From contig JBBQSO010000041.1 of assembly GCA_038213805.1 (NCBI GenBank), positions 1-47,162 of the forward strand: a DNA stretch of 47,162 nt, written 5' to 3'. Positions 24,594 to 36,410 of the stretch are shown piece by piece (the first letter of the stretch is position 1; every line of letters starts with the position of its first letter). Under the pieces are notes generated by a model. That model was not told the origin of the DNA. It made no database searches and saw nothing but the letters and a program-made list of their open reading frames with translations. Source of the stretch: Planctomycetota bacterium. GTDB lineage: Bacteria > Planctomycetota > UBA11346. A program made the position numbers and the translations under genes.

Positions 24594-26072
24594 TCACTTC
24601 TTGCCCCGCTTGCCTGCGCCCTTCACCCCGCCCTTGGCCTGCCGGCGGGGCTTGTTCGACTTGGGCACGATGAGGTTGGCGCGACGCTCGGACTTGGTGC
24701 GCGCCTGGACCACGCGGCGCTGGTCGAGCTGGTCGTGGAAGACGCTCTCGCGCGCCTTGAACAGGATCTTGATCGGCACGCGCTTGAAGGCCAGGCGGTC
24801 GCGCAGGAAGTTCTCGAGGTAGCGCGAGTATCCGGCTTCGATCCAGTCGGTGCGGTTGACGAAGAACACGAAGGTCGGCGGCAGGGACTCGGCCTGGGTG
24901 CCGTAGTAGATCTTGGTCGCCACCGGCCCGAGGCGGCGCGGGCGGCGGCGCTGCATCGCCGCCTCGATGATCTCATTGAGCTCGCTGGTCGAAACCCGCG
25001 CGTGGTTCTCGGCGTGCAGCTCGGTGGCCAGGCGCAGCGCGTCGGCGACGTTGTAGCTGGTCAGCGCGCAGGTGAACGTCACCGGCGCGTAGCGCAGGCC
25101 GGGCAGGCGGTCTTTGAGCCACTCGGTGTACTCGGCGCGCTTGGCCCCGCCCTTCTCGGCGATGTCCCACTTGTTGATGACGATCACCGTGGGCTTGCCC
25201 TCGACCTCGCAGAAGTGCGCGATCTTCTTGTCGACCATGCCGACCTCGTCGCCGGCATCGAGCACCAGCAGTACCACGTCGGCGCGCTTGATCGCGCGCT
25301 CGGTGCGGCAGGCGGCGTAGAACTCGAGGTCCTGCTCGATCTGGTTCTTCTTGCGCAGGCCGGCGGTGTCGATGAGCACGAATTGGCCCTGCGGCGTGTC
25401 GAGCGGCACGTCGACGGCGTCGCGGGTGGTGCCGGGCAGGTCGGCGACGATGACGCGCTCCTCACCGCACAGCGCGTTGGTCAGCGACGACTTGCCGACG
25501 TTGCGGCGTCCGGCCAGGCAGATGCGGATGCGCCCGTCGGCTTCGGGCGGGTCGATGATCGCGTCGGCCTTGGCGCCCGGCAGGTCGCCGCACACACGCT
25601 CGAGCAGGTCGTGCAGGCCGCGCGCCTGCGAGGCGCTGATGCCCATCGGCTCGCCCAGGCCGAGGGTCATGAACGGGTAGATCTCGGCCTCGAGTCCGTC
25701 GTGGTCGAGCTTGTTGACGGTCAGGACGATGCGGTCCTTGTGCGGACGCAGGGTCTCCGCGATCTTGCGGTCCTGGTGGGTCAGGCCGTCGCGGCCGTCG
25801 CACAGGAAGATGATCTTGTCGGCGGCGTTGATGGCGCGCTCGACCTGGCGGTAGACGTCGGCCTCGAGCTTGGCCTCATCGACGATGCCGATGCCGCCGG
25901 TGTCGACCACGGTGAAGCGCCAACCGTCGCGGTCGACGGTGTGCAGCAGGCGGTCGCGCGTCACCCCGGGCGTCGGATCGACGATCGCGATGGGTTCGCC
26001 GACCAGCCGGTTGAAGAGGCTGGACTTGCCGACGTTGGGACGTCCGACGATGGCGACGGTGGGCAGAGGCAT
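24594..26072 (-). CDS. der: Ribosome biogenesis GTPase Der (EngA)
   Basis: Two G domains (GRPNVGKS/DTGG/NKLD and GRRNVGKS/DTAG/NKWD) plus a KH-like C-terminus. Confidence 0.97.
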   Translation of the reverse strand: MPLPTVAIVGRPNVGKSSLFNRLVGEPIAIVDPTPGVTRDRLLHTVDRDGWRFTVVDTGGIGIVDEAKLEADVYRQVERAINAADKIIFLCDGRDGLTHQDRKIAETLRPHKDRIVLTVNKLDHDGLEAEIYPFMTLGLGEPMGISASQARGLHDLLERVCGDLPGAKADAIIDPPEADGRIRICLAGRRNVGKSSLTNALCGEERVIVADLPGTTRDAVDVPLDTPQGQFVLIDTAGLRKKNQIEQDLEFYAACRTERAIKRADVVLLVLDAGDEVGMVDKKIAHFCEVEGKPTVIVINKWDIAEKGGAKRAEYTEWLKDRLPGLRYAPVTFTCALTSYNVADALRLATELHAENHARVSTSELNEIIEAAMQRRRPRRLGPVATKIYYGTQAESLPPTFVFFVNRTDWIEAGYSRYLENFLRDRLAFKRVPIKILFKARESVFHDQLDQRRVVQARTKSERRANLIVPKSNKPRRQAKGGVKGAGKRGKK

Positions 26073-26174
26073 GGCAGGGGCATCCAGCGGGGGCGCGGCA
26101 TGATCGCGCCGGGCAGCGGGAGGGAATGGGCAAATGGAAGAGGTGGGGAGAGGGATGAAGTGCGGGAGATGAAA

Positions 26175-26206
26175 GAGCGAGGGAGCGAGGGAGCGAGGGA
26201 GCGAGG
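26175..26206. repeat. Octamer tandem repeat GAGCGAGG x4 in a purine-rich tract
   Basis: Read directly; a pyrimidine-rich tract lies at ~26341-26375. Confidence 0.85.
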
Positions 26207-26378
26207 GAGACAGGGGGGCGCGGATCGATTGGGCGGGGCACGAGGCCGAGCGACTCAGGGGTTGAGCCCAGTGCTGGTTCGTCGGCTTCCTGAACTCCTC
26301 ATCTTCGTGAAGGACCACAACCTTTGCCAGATCGGCTCACTCTTCCTCCCTTTCTCCCTTCATCCTTTCCCTTCCGCC

Positions 26379-28325
26379 TCACGGCACCATTTGCCCCTTC
26401 CCTGCGCCCCCCGCCGGCCCAGTGCGCGGCGCCAGCAGGCCCAGGGGCAGGGTGTAGCAGGGCAGCGCATCGATCAGCTTCCAGGCGGGCTTGGCGTCGA
26501 CATCGACGACCTCCTGCATGGCCAATGCGGCGGCCAGGGCCTGCGCCGCGGGCAGCAGGGCGGGGTCGGTCAGGAAGACCTCTTGGGTCGCGTCGGGTCG
26601 GCCGCTGAGCAGGCGGTCATAGCGCGAAAGCGTATCGGGCAGGGTGACCGTGGGTGCGCTGTCGAGCAGTCCCTTGCCGGAGCCGCGGCTGTCGCCCAGG
26701 CGGTGCTGGATGAGCCGGTAGAGGGCGTACGCGAGCGGATCGCGGCGCGCCAGGGGCAGGCCATCGGCATTGGCGTCCGTGTGCTTCGGATCGGGGTCGA
26801 GGGCTTGGAGCGCCGCGTTGGCGTCGCCGAAGCCACGCAGCGCAAGCAGCGCCTGGGCGAGCAACGCCTCGCGCGGCGGCACCGCGTCGCGCGCGCCCTG
26901 CAGGGCCTGCTCGGTGGCGCGGTGGATGTCGGCCTGCACCTCGGCGCTGGCGGCGGCCGGCACCGGCCGCTCAAGCTCGTCGAGGATGCGCGCGCGCATC
27001 ACCACCGCCGCTACCGGTTCCAGCTCGGCGCTCTGCAGCACGCGCTCGAGGGCCGGCCGGATCGGGTTGCGGTCGTCGGGATTCGCCGGGATCGCGCTGG
27101 TGAAGCTTTTGACGTCCGGATTGATGCCGGCCAGGGCGCGCCAGCGGCTGACCAGCCATTCTGGGCGGTCGGCCGGGGTCGCCTCTGGGCTGCGGCCGCG
27201 CAGGCAGGCGGTGGCATGCACCAGCAGATCGAGTTCCAGGCCCCAATCGCTGCCGCTGCCCGGTGGCAGCACCGCGCGCGCGGCGTCGGCGGCGGACCCG
27301 AGCAGGCCGAGCCACGCGGCGCGCGCGCGCAGCACCTCCTCGGGAGCAGTGCGGAAGACCGGCCGCGCGCAGGCGCGCTGCGCGAGGCGGTCGAGCAGGT
27401 GCAGCAGGAGCCCGGCCGATTCGCCGACCGGGTCCTGCTGGGTGAGCACCATCAGCTGCTCGAGTGCGGCGTTGGTGAGATCGACGGCGTCACCGTCCTG
27501 GCGCGCCAGCTCGAGAAGGACCTCGCCCCACGCCAGCCAGGTCTGCAGGCGCGCGCGGTCGGGGTGCAGGGCGCCAAGCGCGCGCACGGCGGCGTTGGCG
27601 TCCTCGAGCGCGCGCTCCATGCCGCCGGGGTTGCGTCCGGGGTCGAAGGCGCCGAGCGCGTAGCGCACGCGCAGCAACGCGTGGTCGGCGCGCCCGGTGT
27701 CGGCCAGCAGCGCCGCCAACGCGCGCGGCTCGCTGCGCAGCGCCGCGCTCTCGGCCGCGCCGAGGAGGCGGCGGTCGTCGTGCAGGCTGATGCTGGTATC
27801 ACCGAGCGGCCCGGCGGTATGGAAGCCCCACGACACCGGCGGCGGGGTCGGCAGCGGATCAAGGCAGGCCAGCACCTGGCGGCCATCCACCTCGACCGTG
27901 AGGCGGTAGCCGCGGCGCGCGAACACCACCTCCACGGGGAAGCGCTCGAGCGTGGCGCTGCCGAGCAGCACGGCATCGCCCGCGCGGAACACCTGCAGAC
28001 CGAGCCGCCCTGGCAGCCAGTGCAGCTCATAGCCCTCGCCCGGCTTGGCACCTTCGAACATCATCCATTCCGGCCCCGGCGGCTTGACCGCGCTGTCGAT
28101 GCGCAGCTGCAGGCGCCACGCCGAGCAGGGCCGGTCCTCCGGGGCGCGCTGTTGCGGCGATTGGTCGGCGAGGACGATGCTGGCCTGCGCCCCGGTCGGC
28201 AGCGCGACGAAGCACACGCGGGTGTTCTCGGGCTGCACCCACCAGGAATAGGCGCTCAGCGCCAGCACCACGGCGAGCGCTGCCGGCAACGCCCAGCGCA
28301 GCCAAGGACCAGAAGCCACGGACAT
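26379..28325 (-). CDS. Hypothetical membrane-anchored protein (N-terminal TM, beta-rich domain, long helical region)
   Basis: 648 aa with coding-like codon usage; TM WALPAALAVVLALSAYSWW; no family recognised. Confidence 0.75.
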   Translation of the reverse strand: MSVASGPWLRWALPAALAVVLALSAYSWWVQPENTRVCFVALPTGAQASIVLADQSPQQRAPEDRPCSAWRLQLRIDSAVKPPGPEWMMFEGAKPGEGYELHWLPGRLGLQVFRAGDAVLLGSATLERFPVEVVFARRGYRLTVEVDGRQVLACLDPLPTPPPVSWGFHTAGPLGDTSISLHDDRRLLGAAESAALRSEPRALAALLADTGRADHALLRVRYALGAFDPGRNPGGMERALEDANAAVRALGALHPDRARLQTWLAWGEVLLELARQDGDAVDLTNAALEQLMVLTQQDPVGESAGLLLHLLDRLAQRACARPVFRTAPEEVLRARAAWLGLLGSAADAARAVLPPGSGSDWGLELDLLVHATACLRGRSPEATPADRPEWLVSRWRALAGINPDVKSFTSAIPANPDDRNPIRPALERVLQSAELEPVAAVVMRARILDELERPVPAAASAEVQADIHRATEQALQGARDAVPPREALLAQALLALRGFGDANAALQALDPDPKHTDANADGLPLARRDPLAYALYRLIQHRLGDSRGSGKGLLDSAPTVTLPDTLSRYDRLLSGRPDATQEVFLTDPALLPAAQALAAALAMQEVVDVDAKPAWKLIDALPCYTLPLGLLAPRTGPAGGAGKGQMVP

Positions 28326-28630
28326 CGCATCTCCCAGGCCGCGCAGCGTACCGGGAACGGCGGCATGGACCAGGGGGGAACCGCGGGGCGCGGAGTCTTG
28401 ACTCAAGGTTCGCGAAGCAGGCGTCGGCAAGCCGGCAGGGCCTTACCGCGGCGACGCAGCGGGGGAGAACGAGCGACCGCTCAGGCGACTTCGGAAGCTG
28501 GTCGAGAAGTCGGCGCGCGCGATGGGACTGCATGCTTCCATCGCTGCCGTCCTCTGCGGACTCCCGCCGTTCCCGCTGCATTTCTGCAACCAGTCCCCTC
28601 TGGCTGGGCCTGCCCGTGGGAGTTGCCGCT

Positions 28631-30280
28631 TCACGAGAACAGATCCTCCTCCGCCGCCGGGGTCGCGTTTGCGCGGTCCTTCTTCGCCCGGTGGTAGCTC
28701 TGCTCGTGTTCCTCGCCTTCCTGGGGCTCCTCGCGTGCGGCCATCTCGAAGCGCATCTTGGCCGGGTAGAAGTTCATCGCGCACTCGCCGGTCGGGCCGA
28801 AACGGTTCTTGGCCACGATGATCTTGACCTTGCGGCAGTCATCACTCTTGCCGCCGTCGCCGGTGTCGGTGCGGTGCATGAAGATCACCGCGTCGGCGTC
28901 CTGCTCGATCGAGCCGGAGCCGCGCAGGTCGGACAGGCGCGGGTCGCGCGGCTGGGTGCCGACGCCTTTTTCGCTGTCACGGGACATCTGCGACAGGGCC
29001 ATCACCGGGATGCGCAGCTCACGCGCCATCACCTTGAGCACGCGGCTGATCTCTGAGACCTTCTCGTACTCGCTGGCGTCCGGGCGCGCCGAATTCAGCA
29101 GCTGCAGGTAGTCGAGGACCACCAGCTTGAGCTCGCCATTGGTCTCGAGCATGCGCCGCTTCACCACCGAACGCAGCGCCTGGACGGTGAGGTCGGAGAC
29201 GTCCATCAGGTCGAGCTTCCACTGCTTGAACGCCGAGGCCGAGGCCGCGAGCAGGTCCATCTCGTGCGGTTCGAGCACGCCGGTCTCGAGCGCCTTGAAC
29301 TCGACGCCGGCCTCGGCCGAGAGCAGCTTCTTGACCAGATCCTTGCGGTCGACCTCAAGACTGAAGAACAGCACGCCGTGCTTGTGCTCGGAGTGGCCGG
29401 CGATGTTGGCGACGATCTTCAGGGCCAGCGAGGTTTTGCCCACGCCGGGCCTGGCCGCGAGCACGTAGAGCCCACCCGGGCGCAGCGACATGAGCTTGTC
29501 GTCGACGTCCTGGATGCCGGTCCTGACCCCGATCTCGGGCGAGTTGATGGTGCGCTGGATGTCGTCGAGGGTCTCGTCGACGACGTTGGCCAGGCCGTGC
29601 ACGGTGGCGGTGCGGCTGTGGCGCGAGAGCTCGAGGAACTGCTGGCTGCCGTCGTCGAGCAGTTTGCTGAAGCTGTCCGGCGTGCGGTAGGCCTTGTCGC
29701 ACAGCGCGAGCAGGCGCGTGATCATGCGCCGCTTGAGGTAGTAGTCCCACAGCAGGGTGATGTTGCGCTCGATGCCCGCGGCCGGCGCGAATGCCCCGGC
29801 AAGGTCGGCGACCGCGTTGAAGCCCCCGATCGCGGCCAGCGCGCTGTCCTCGTAGGCCGCGGCGTCGTCACCGGGGCCGCGGCGGTACAGGGTCTTGAGC
29901 CCGTTGCGGCCGAGCCCATCGAGCTGGTCGCTGTCGAGCAGCAGCTGCTGCTGGCGCAGGCGCTCGAGCACGGCCTTGAAGTCGTAGCGGCTGAGCAGCT
30001 CCGCCACCGCTTGCGCGTCGATACGGTGGCCGTCATCGTCAAGTTCAAGCGCGGCCAGGTAGACGATGCGGTGGTCGCGCTGGAAGAAGGCGAGCGGGTG
30101 CTCGGCGATGGCGCGCACCTTGTGCATGGCCATGGCGTGACGGCCGTCGAGCAGCACTGCGAGCACCGCCTTCTCGAGCTCGGCGTTGTTAGGCAGCTCG
30201 CGCGAGGAGGCCTGCGCGGCCTCGGCGCGACGCTGGGCGGCGCGCGGCAGGTGACGCTCGGAGGGCGACTGGTCGATCAT
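28631..30280 (-). CDS. dnaB: Replicative DNA helicase DnaB
   Basis: LPNNAELEKAVL, Walker A AARPGVGKT, FFSLE, LDYLQL, LSQMSR, LSDLRGSGSIEQDAD and AKNRFGPTG. Confidence 0.95.
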   Translation of the reverse strand: MIDQSPSERHLPRAAQRRAEAAQASSRELPNNAELEKAVLAVLLDGRHAMAMHKVRAIAEHPLAFFQRDHRIVYLAALELDDDGHRIDAQAVAELLSRYDFKAVLERLRQQQLLLDSDQLDGLGRNGLKTLYRRGPGDDAAAYEDSALAAIGGFNAVADLAGAFAPAAGIERNITLLWDYYLKRRMITRLLALCDKAYRTPDSFSKLLDDGSQQFLELSRHSRTATVHGLANVVDETLDDIQRTINSPEIGVRTGIQDVDDKLMSLRPGGLYVLAARPGVGKTSLALKIVANIAGHSEHKHGVLFFSLEVDRKDLVKKLLSAEAGVEFKALETGVLEPHEMDLLAASASAFKQWKLDLMDVSDLTVQALRSVVKRRMLETNGELKLVVLDYLQLLNSARPDASEYEKVSEISRVLKVMARELRIPVMALSQMSRDSEKGVGTQPRDPRLSDLRGSGSIEQDADAVIFMHRTDTGDGGKSDDCRKVKIIVAKNRFGPTGECAMNFYPAKMRFEMAAREEPQEGEEHEQSYHRAKKDRANATPAAEEDLFS

Positions 30281-30371
30281 CAGGGTGGGCGTTCCGGGAC
30301 GTGCGGGTCTGATGGGGTCCGCGGCCGCGGACGGCGTCAATGTGGGGCCGTTCCGGCGCGGACCAGGGGGT

Positions 30372-30905
30372 CTATTGCCGCCTTTCCGTAATGTTGTCCA
30401 CAATGGCCACCAGGGCATCCTCCAGCGCTCTGGGCTCCTGGTCCGCCTCGACCACGACGTCCGCCACGGCCTGGTAGAGGGGGGCGCGTTGGCTGAGAAT
30501 CGCCGGTACCTCCTCGGCCACGCCCGCTCCGGAGAGGCTCGGCCGGCCGCCCGCGTGGCGCTGCAGCCGGGCCTGGAGCAGCCCCGCAGCTGCGTGGAGA
30601 TAGACCACCGTGCCGCCACGGGCGCGCAGCAGCTCGCGGTTCTCCACAGACAGCACCGCGCCGCCCCCTGTCGCCAGGACGAGCGGCGCCATTCCGGCGA
30701 GGATGTCCACCAGCACCGCGGTTTCGGCCGCGCGGAAGGCCGGCTCGCCCCGGCTGGCGAAGAACTCGGCGATGGGCAGCCCCAGGCGCGCCACCAGCAC
30801 CGCGTCGGTATCCATGAACGGCCAGCCCAGGCGCCGCGCCACCAACGGTCCGAGGGTGCTCTTGCCGCAGCCGCGGTAGCCGACGAGGGTGAGGCGCTGG
30901 AACAT
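30372..30905 (-). CDS. aroK: Shikimate kinase
   Basis: GYRGCGKST, DTD, GEPAFRAAE, LATGGG, RPSL and RAPLY. Confidence 0.92.
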   Translation of the reverse strand: MFQRLTLVGYRGCGKSTLGPLVARRLGWPFMDTDAVLVARLGLPIAEFFASRGEPAFRAAETAVLVDILAGMAPLVLATGGGAVLSVENRELLRARGGTVVYLHAAAGLLQARLQRHAGGRPSLSGAGVAEEVPAILSQRAPLYQAVADVVVEADQEPRALEDALVAIVDNITERRQ

Positions 30906-31098
30906 GGCTTCAGGGCGGTGGAGCTGGGCCGGGCAGGGCGGCGCGGCACACGCTGGCGAAGGCGGTGCGCGCTTGTCCGGCAATGGTTTGGATGCCGGAC
31001 GGTATCCATCCCCAGGCGCCGCGCATCAGCCTTCACCCGCGCGCGCCAGCCTGTCGACTCTTGCCGCCTTCCGGCCTGCGACTAAGAAGCGATCTTCC

Positions 31099-33916
<2,818 letters not shown>

Positions 33917-33930
<14 letters not shown>

Positions 33931-34153
33931 AGTCGCGAGACTCGGGCACCGGATCGTACCCGTGCCCACCCCACGGATGGCAGCGGCAAATGCGCCGCGC
34001 GGCCAGTCCGGCGCCGCGCCACAGTCCGTGCTTCTGCAGCGCCTCGGCGGTGTATTCCGAACAGGTCGGCAGGTAACGGCAGAGCGGCGGCTTGAGCGGC
34101 GAGATGCGCCGGCGGTAGAAGCCGATCACCGCGATCAGCAGGGCGCGGATCAC
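33917..34153 (-). CDS. yidD: Membrane protein insertion efficiency factor YidD
   Basis: [17 protein letters not shown] and [17 protein letters not shown]. Confidence 0.95.
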
Positions 34154-34575
34154 GCGGGCGCTCCGCGCCGTGCTGGTGGCGCGCCGCCCGCGCGGCGCGG
34201 TCCGCGCCCACCGCCGGCGACCGCGGGCGCGCTGAGCGCCTTGGCGACCAGGCCGATCAGCTCGCGATCGATGAGCGCGTGGCCGTCCTCCGGCGGATCG
34301 CAGCGGAACAGCACCACCGCGTCGTGAGCGGCGAGCGGCGCATGCAGCTGCAGGCGGAAGAGCTCGCGCACCCAGCGTTTGAGCTGGTGGCGGCGCACCG
34401 CCAAGGGTGCGGTCTTCGCCGAGATCATGATGCCCAACCGCGCGCGGGCGCCCGGCGCGCGCGGCCGCAGCAGCAGCACGACGTGACGGCCTGCCGCCTT
34501 CTGCTGGCGGTTGAACACCCGCGAATAATCCCGGCCGTCGTGCAGGCGCATCTCCGGCGTGAAGCGGGCGGTCAT
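34150..34575 (-). CDS. rnpA: Ribonuclease P protein component
   Basis: RL...[16 protein letters not shown] and [16 protein letters not shown] (RNR-like motif); overlaps the yidD start. Confidence 0.88.
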   Translation of the reverse strand: MTARFTPEMRLHDGRDYSRVFNRQQKAAGRHVVLLLRPRAPGARARLGIMISAKTAPLAVRRHQLKRWVRELFRLQLHAPLAAHDAVVLFRCDPPEDGHALIDRELIGLVAKALSAPAVAGGGRGPRRAGGAPPARRGAPA

Positions 34576-34614
34576 GCGCGCATGGTGGCGCGGCTGGGGC
34601 GTCGGCAAGGCGCG

Positions 34615-35010
34615 TCAGCCGGCCGTCACCGCGATGCGGCGCGGAGCGGCCTCGGCGCGCTTGGGCAGGACCACGCGTAGCACGCCGTGCCTGCTGGTGG
34701 CGCTGACGCGGCTGCCGTCGGCTTCCTCGGGGAGCGTGAAGGCGCGTTCGAAATCGAGCGCTTCGTACTCGCGGTGCACGGCGGTGGCGCCCGGCTTGGA
34801 TGCGGGGGCGACGCGCCCGCGGATGCTCAGCACGCCGTTCTCGACGGTGACCTCGGCCTGGTTGCCGGGCACACCGGGCAAATCGACGGCGAGGATGATG
34901 CTGTCGTCATTCTCGGTGATGCTCACGGCCGGCGAACGGGTGCGCACGCGTGCGTGCTCGGTGCCGGCCGGCTCGCGGCCGGGATGCTGGATGAGGGGCT
35001 TGGTGGACAT
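34615..35010 (-). CDS. Hsp20/alpha-crystallin small heat shock protein
   Basis: [28 protein letters not shown] and [10 protein letters not shown]. Confidence 0.92.
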   Translation of the reverse strand: MSTKPLIQHPGREPAGTEHARVRTRSPAVSITENDDSIILAVDLPGVPGNQAEVTVENGVLSIRGRVAPASKPGATAVHREYEALDFERAFTLPEEADGSRVSATSRHGVLRVVLPKRAEAAPRRIAVTAG

Positions 35011-35046
35011 GACTGGATTCCTCTCGATCGGTGGAGGGTGATGGGA

Positions 35047-35460
35047 TCAGGCCGTCGCAACGGCGATGCGACGTGGTTTCTCGGCTTCCGGGCGCTGCAG
35101 GAGTACTGCCAGGACGCCATCGCGTACCTGGGCCGTGGTGCGGTCCGGGTCGACCCGGAAGGGCAGCTGGAAGCTGCGCGTGAATTCGCTGGCCGACTGC
35201 CCCTCGCCGCGTGTCCCGCTGATGGTCAGCGTGTCGCCCAGGACGTTGATGGTGATCTTGTCCGGATCGATGCCGGGCACCTCGGCGGTGACGTGGAGGG
35301 TGTCCGCATCCGACCACACGTTGATGGTCGGACCGCGGCTGCTGGCGAAGGCGGGGAGGCGTCCACCCGGCACCATGCCGGTGCCGTTCTCGGCGAGCAG
35401 GCGATCGAGGATCTGGAACGGTTCCCAGAGCGCGGTGGCAAAGGGCGAGGTCAGGTACAT
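35047..35460 (-). CDS. Hsp20/alpha-crystallin small heat shock protein
   Basis: PTINVW, AEVPGIDP, FTRSFQLPFRVD and DGVLAVLL; GGAG SD. Confidence 0.92.
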   Translation of the reverse strand: MYLTSPFATALWEPFQILDRLLAENGTGMVPGGRLPAFASSRGPTINVWSDADTLHVTAEVPGIDPDKITINVLGDTLTISGTRGEGQSASEFTRSFQLPFRVDPDRTTAQVRDGVLAVLLQRPEAEKPRRIAVATA

Positions 35461-35517
35461 GGCTTGGTCTCCATGGGGAAGTGGTTGGCGTGGGTGATCT
35501 CCCACGATCAACGCCTT

Positions 35518-35534
35518 TGCAGTCCATGTGCCAA
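35518..35534 (-). promoter_or_regulatory. Sigma54 -24/-12 promoter of the hsp20 pair (TTGGCACATGGACTGCA)
   Basis: GG-N10-GC on the coding strand, ~60 nt upstream of the hsp20 ATG. Confidence 0.7.
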
Positions 35535-35660
35535 TTCCGCAGCACGCTGCGCAGCGCGCTGGGGGGGATTCCAAGTCCAAATTCACGGTTGGGTTATGAT
35601 TTCCTGCCCAGTGCTTGCCGCACCGGCGCAGGATCCGTGACAAATTGCAGATCAGAAACA

Positions 35661-35673
35661 TGTCATTTCGACA
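35661..35673. promoter_or_regulatory. Palindrome TGTC-N5-GACA, candidate enhancer (UAS) for a sigma54 activator
   Basis: TGTCATTTCGACA ~130 bp upstream of the -24 element, in an AT-rich stretch. Confidence 0.4.
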
Positions 35674-35789
35674 CAAAAAGACCCTTATAATACCCTTTCA
35701 TAATGCCAGACGCTCAATCCGGCTGCTCTTTAATCACCTGATGCCAAAATTTCGCTTACCCGCTCCATGCGATACCCGATACTGCCGAT

Positions 35790-36155
35790 ATGGCCGATGT
35801 GGCTCCAGTCACGGGTATCAGCGGCGTGTCGGGGGATCCCTCCCGGCAAGGGGGCCTTGGCGGCCGTCCGCGTCCGCGCCCGACCGAGACCGAGCGCATC
35901 CGCCGCGGTGAGGCGCGCGCGTCCGAGGCGCCCCCCGCCAGTGCCGATGCCGCGCTCGCAGATCCCACCTCAGCCCTGGTCCAGGCCCTCGATCGCCTGC
36001 GGACCACGGCCACGGTGCGTCCGGCGGATGACGCGATGGTGCGCATGCTGCGTGGCATGCGCCATTATCAGGAGGAATCCCGCCACGGCCTGCCCGTGAT
36101 CGGTGACGGTGGCGCGGCAGAGATTCCGTCCATGCCGCCCGTCGCCCCAGCCTGA
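35790..36155 (+). CDS. Hypothetical protein (121 aa)
   Basis: GC3-biased ORF with a -10-like GATACT 6 nt before the ATG; no family recognised. Confidence 0.6.
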   Translation: MADVAPVTGISGVSGDPSRQGGLGGRPRPRPTETERIRRGEARASEAPPASADAALADPTSALVQALDRLRTTATVRPADDAMVRMLRGMRHYQEESRHGLPVIGDGGAAEIPSMPPVAPA

Positions 36156-36183
36156 CCAGGTCCTGGCGCGTCCTGCGCCGGTC

Positions 36184-36211
36184 TTGACCTCCCCACCGTA
36201 TTCCCTACAGT
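36184..36211 (+). promoter_or_regulatory. Sigma70-type promoter of rpsB-tsf (TTGACC-N16-TACAGT)
   Basis: Near-consensus -35/-10 pair ~200 nt upstream of rpsB. Confidence 0.6.
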
Positions 36212-36410
36212 TCCGCCCTCCTGGTCGGGGCGGATCGTCCGTCCCCGAGAGCACATCCGCCGCTTCCGGCGTGGTTTCCCGCAGCTTGTCCGCGGGGGGT
36301 CACCGGGGCGCGCCGGCGGCTGCGCTCCTCACAACCCCTGCGCGCGCCCCCAGCCAGATCCCCGTGCAGAGGGGACCTGGAACACTCCCGCGAGGGAGTT
36401 GGAGAGACCA

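Noticed and set aside
24735..28697. 1320 aa + strand ORF and other long antisense ORFs (7877-11335, 15457-18801, 40034-42607, 42462-44783)
   Set aside because: Shadow ORFs opposite well-supported genes; expected at this GC content and lacking protein motifs.
29843..29986. Intein in dnaB
   Set aside because: The insertion is short, lacks C/S...HN-C/S/T splice motifs, and is not in the ATPase domain.
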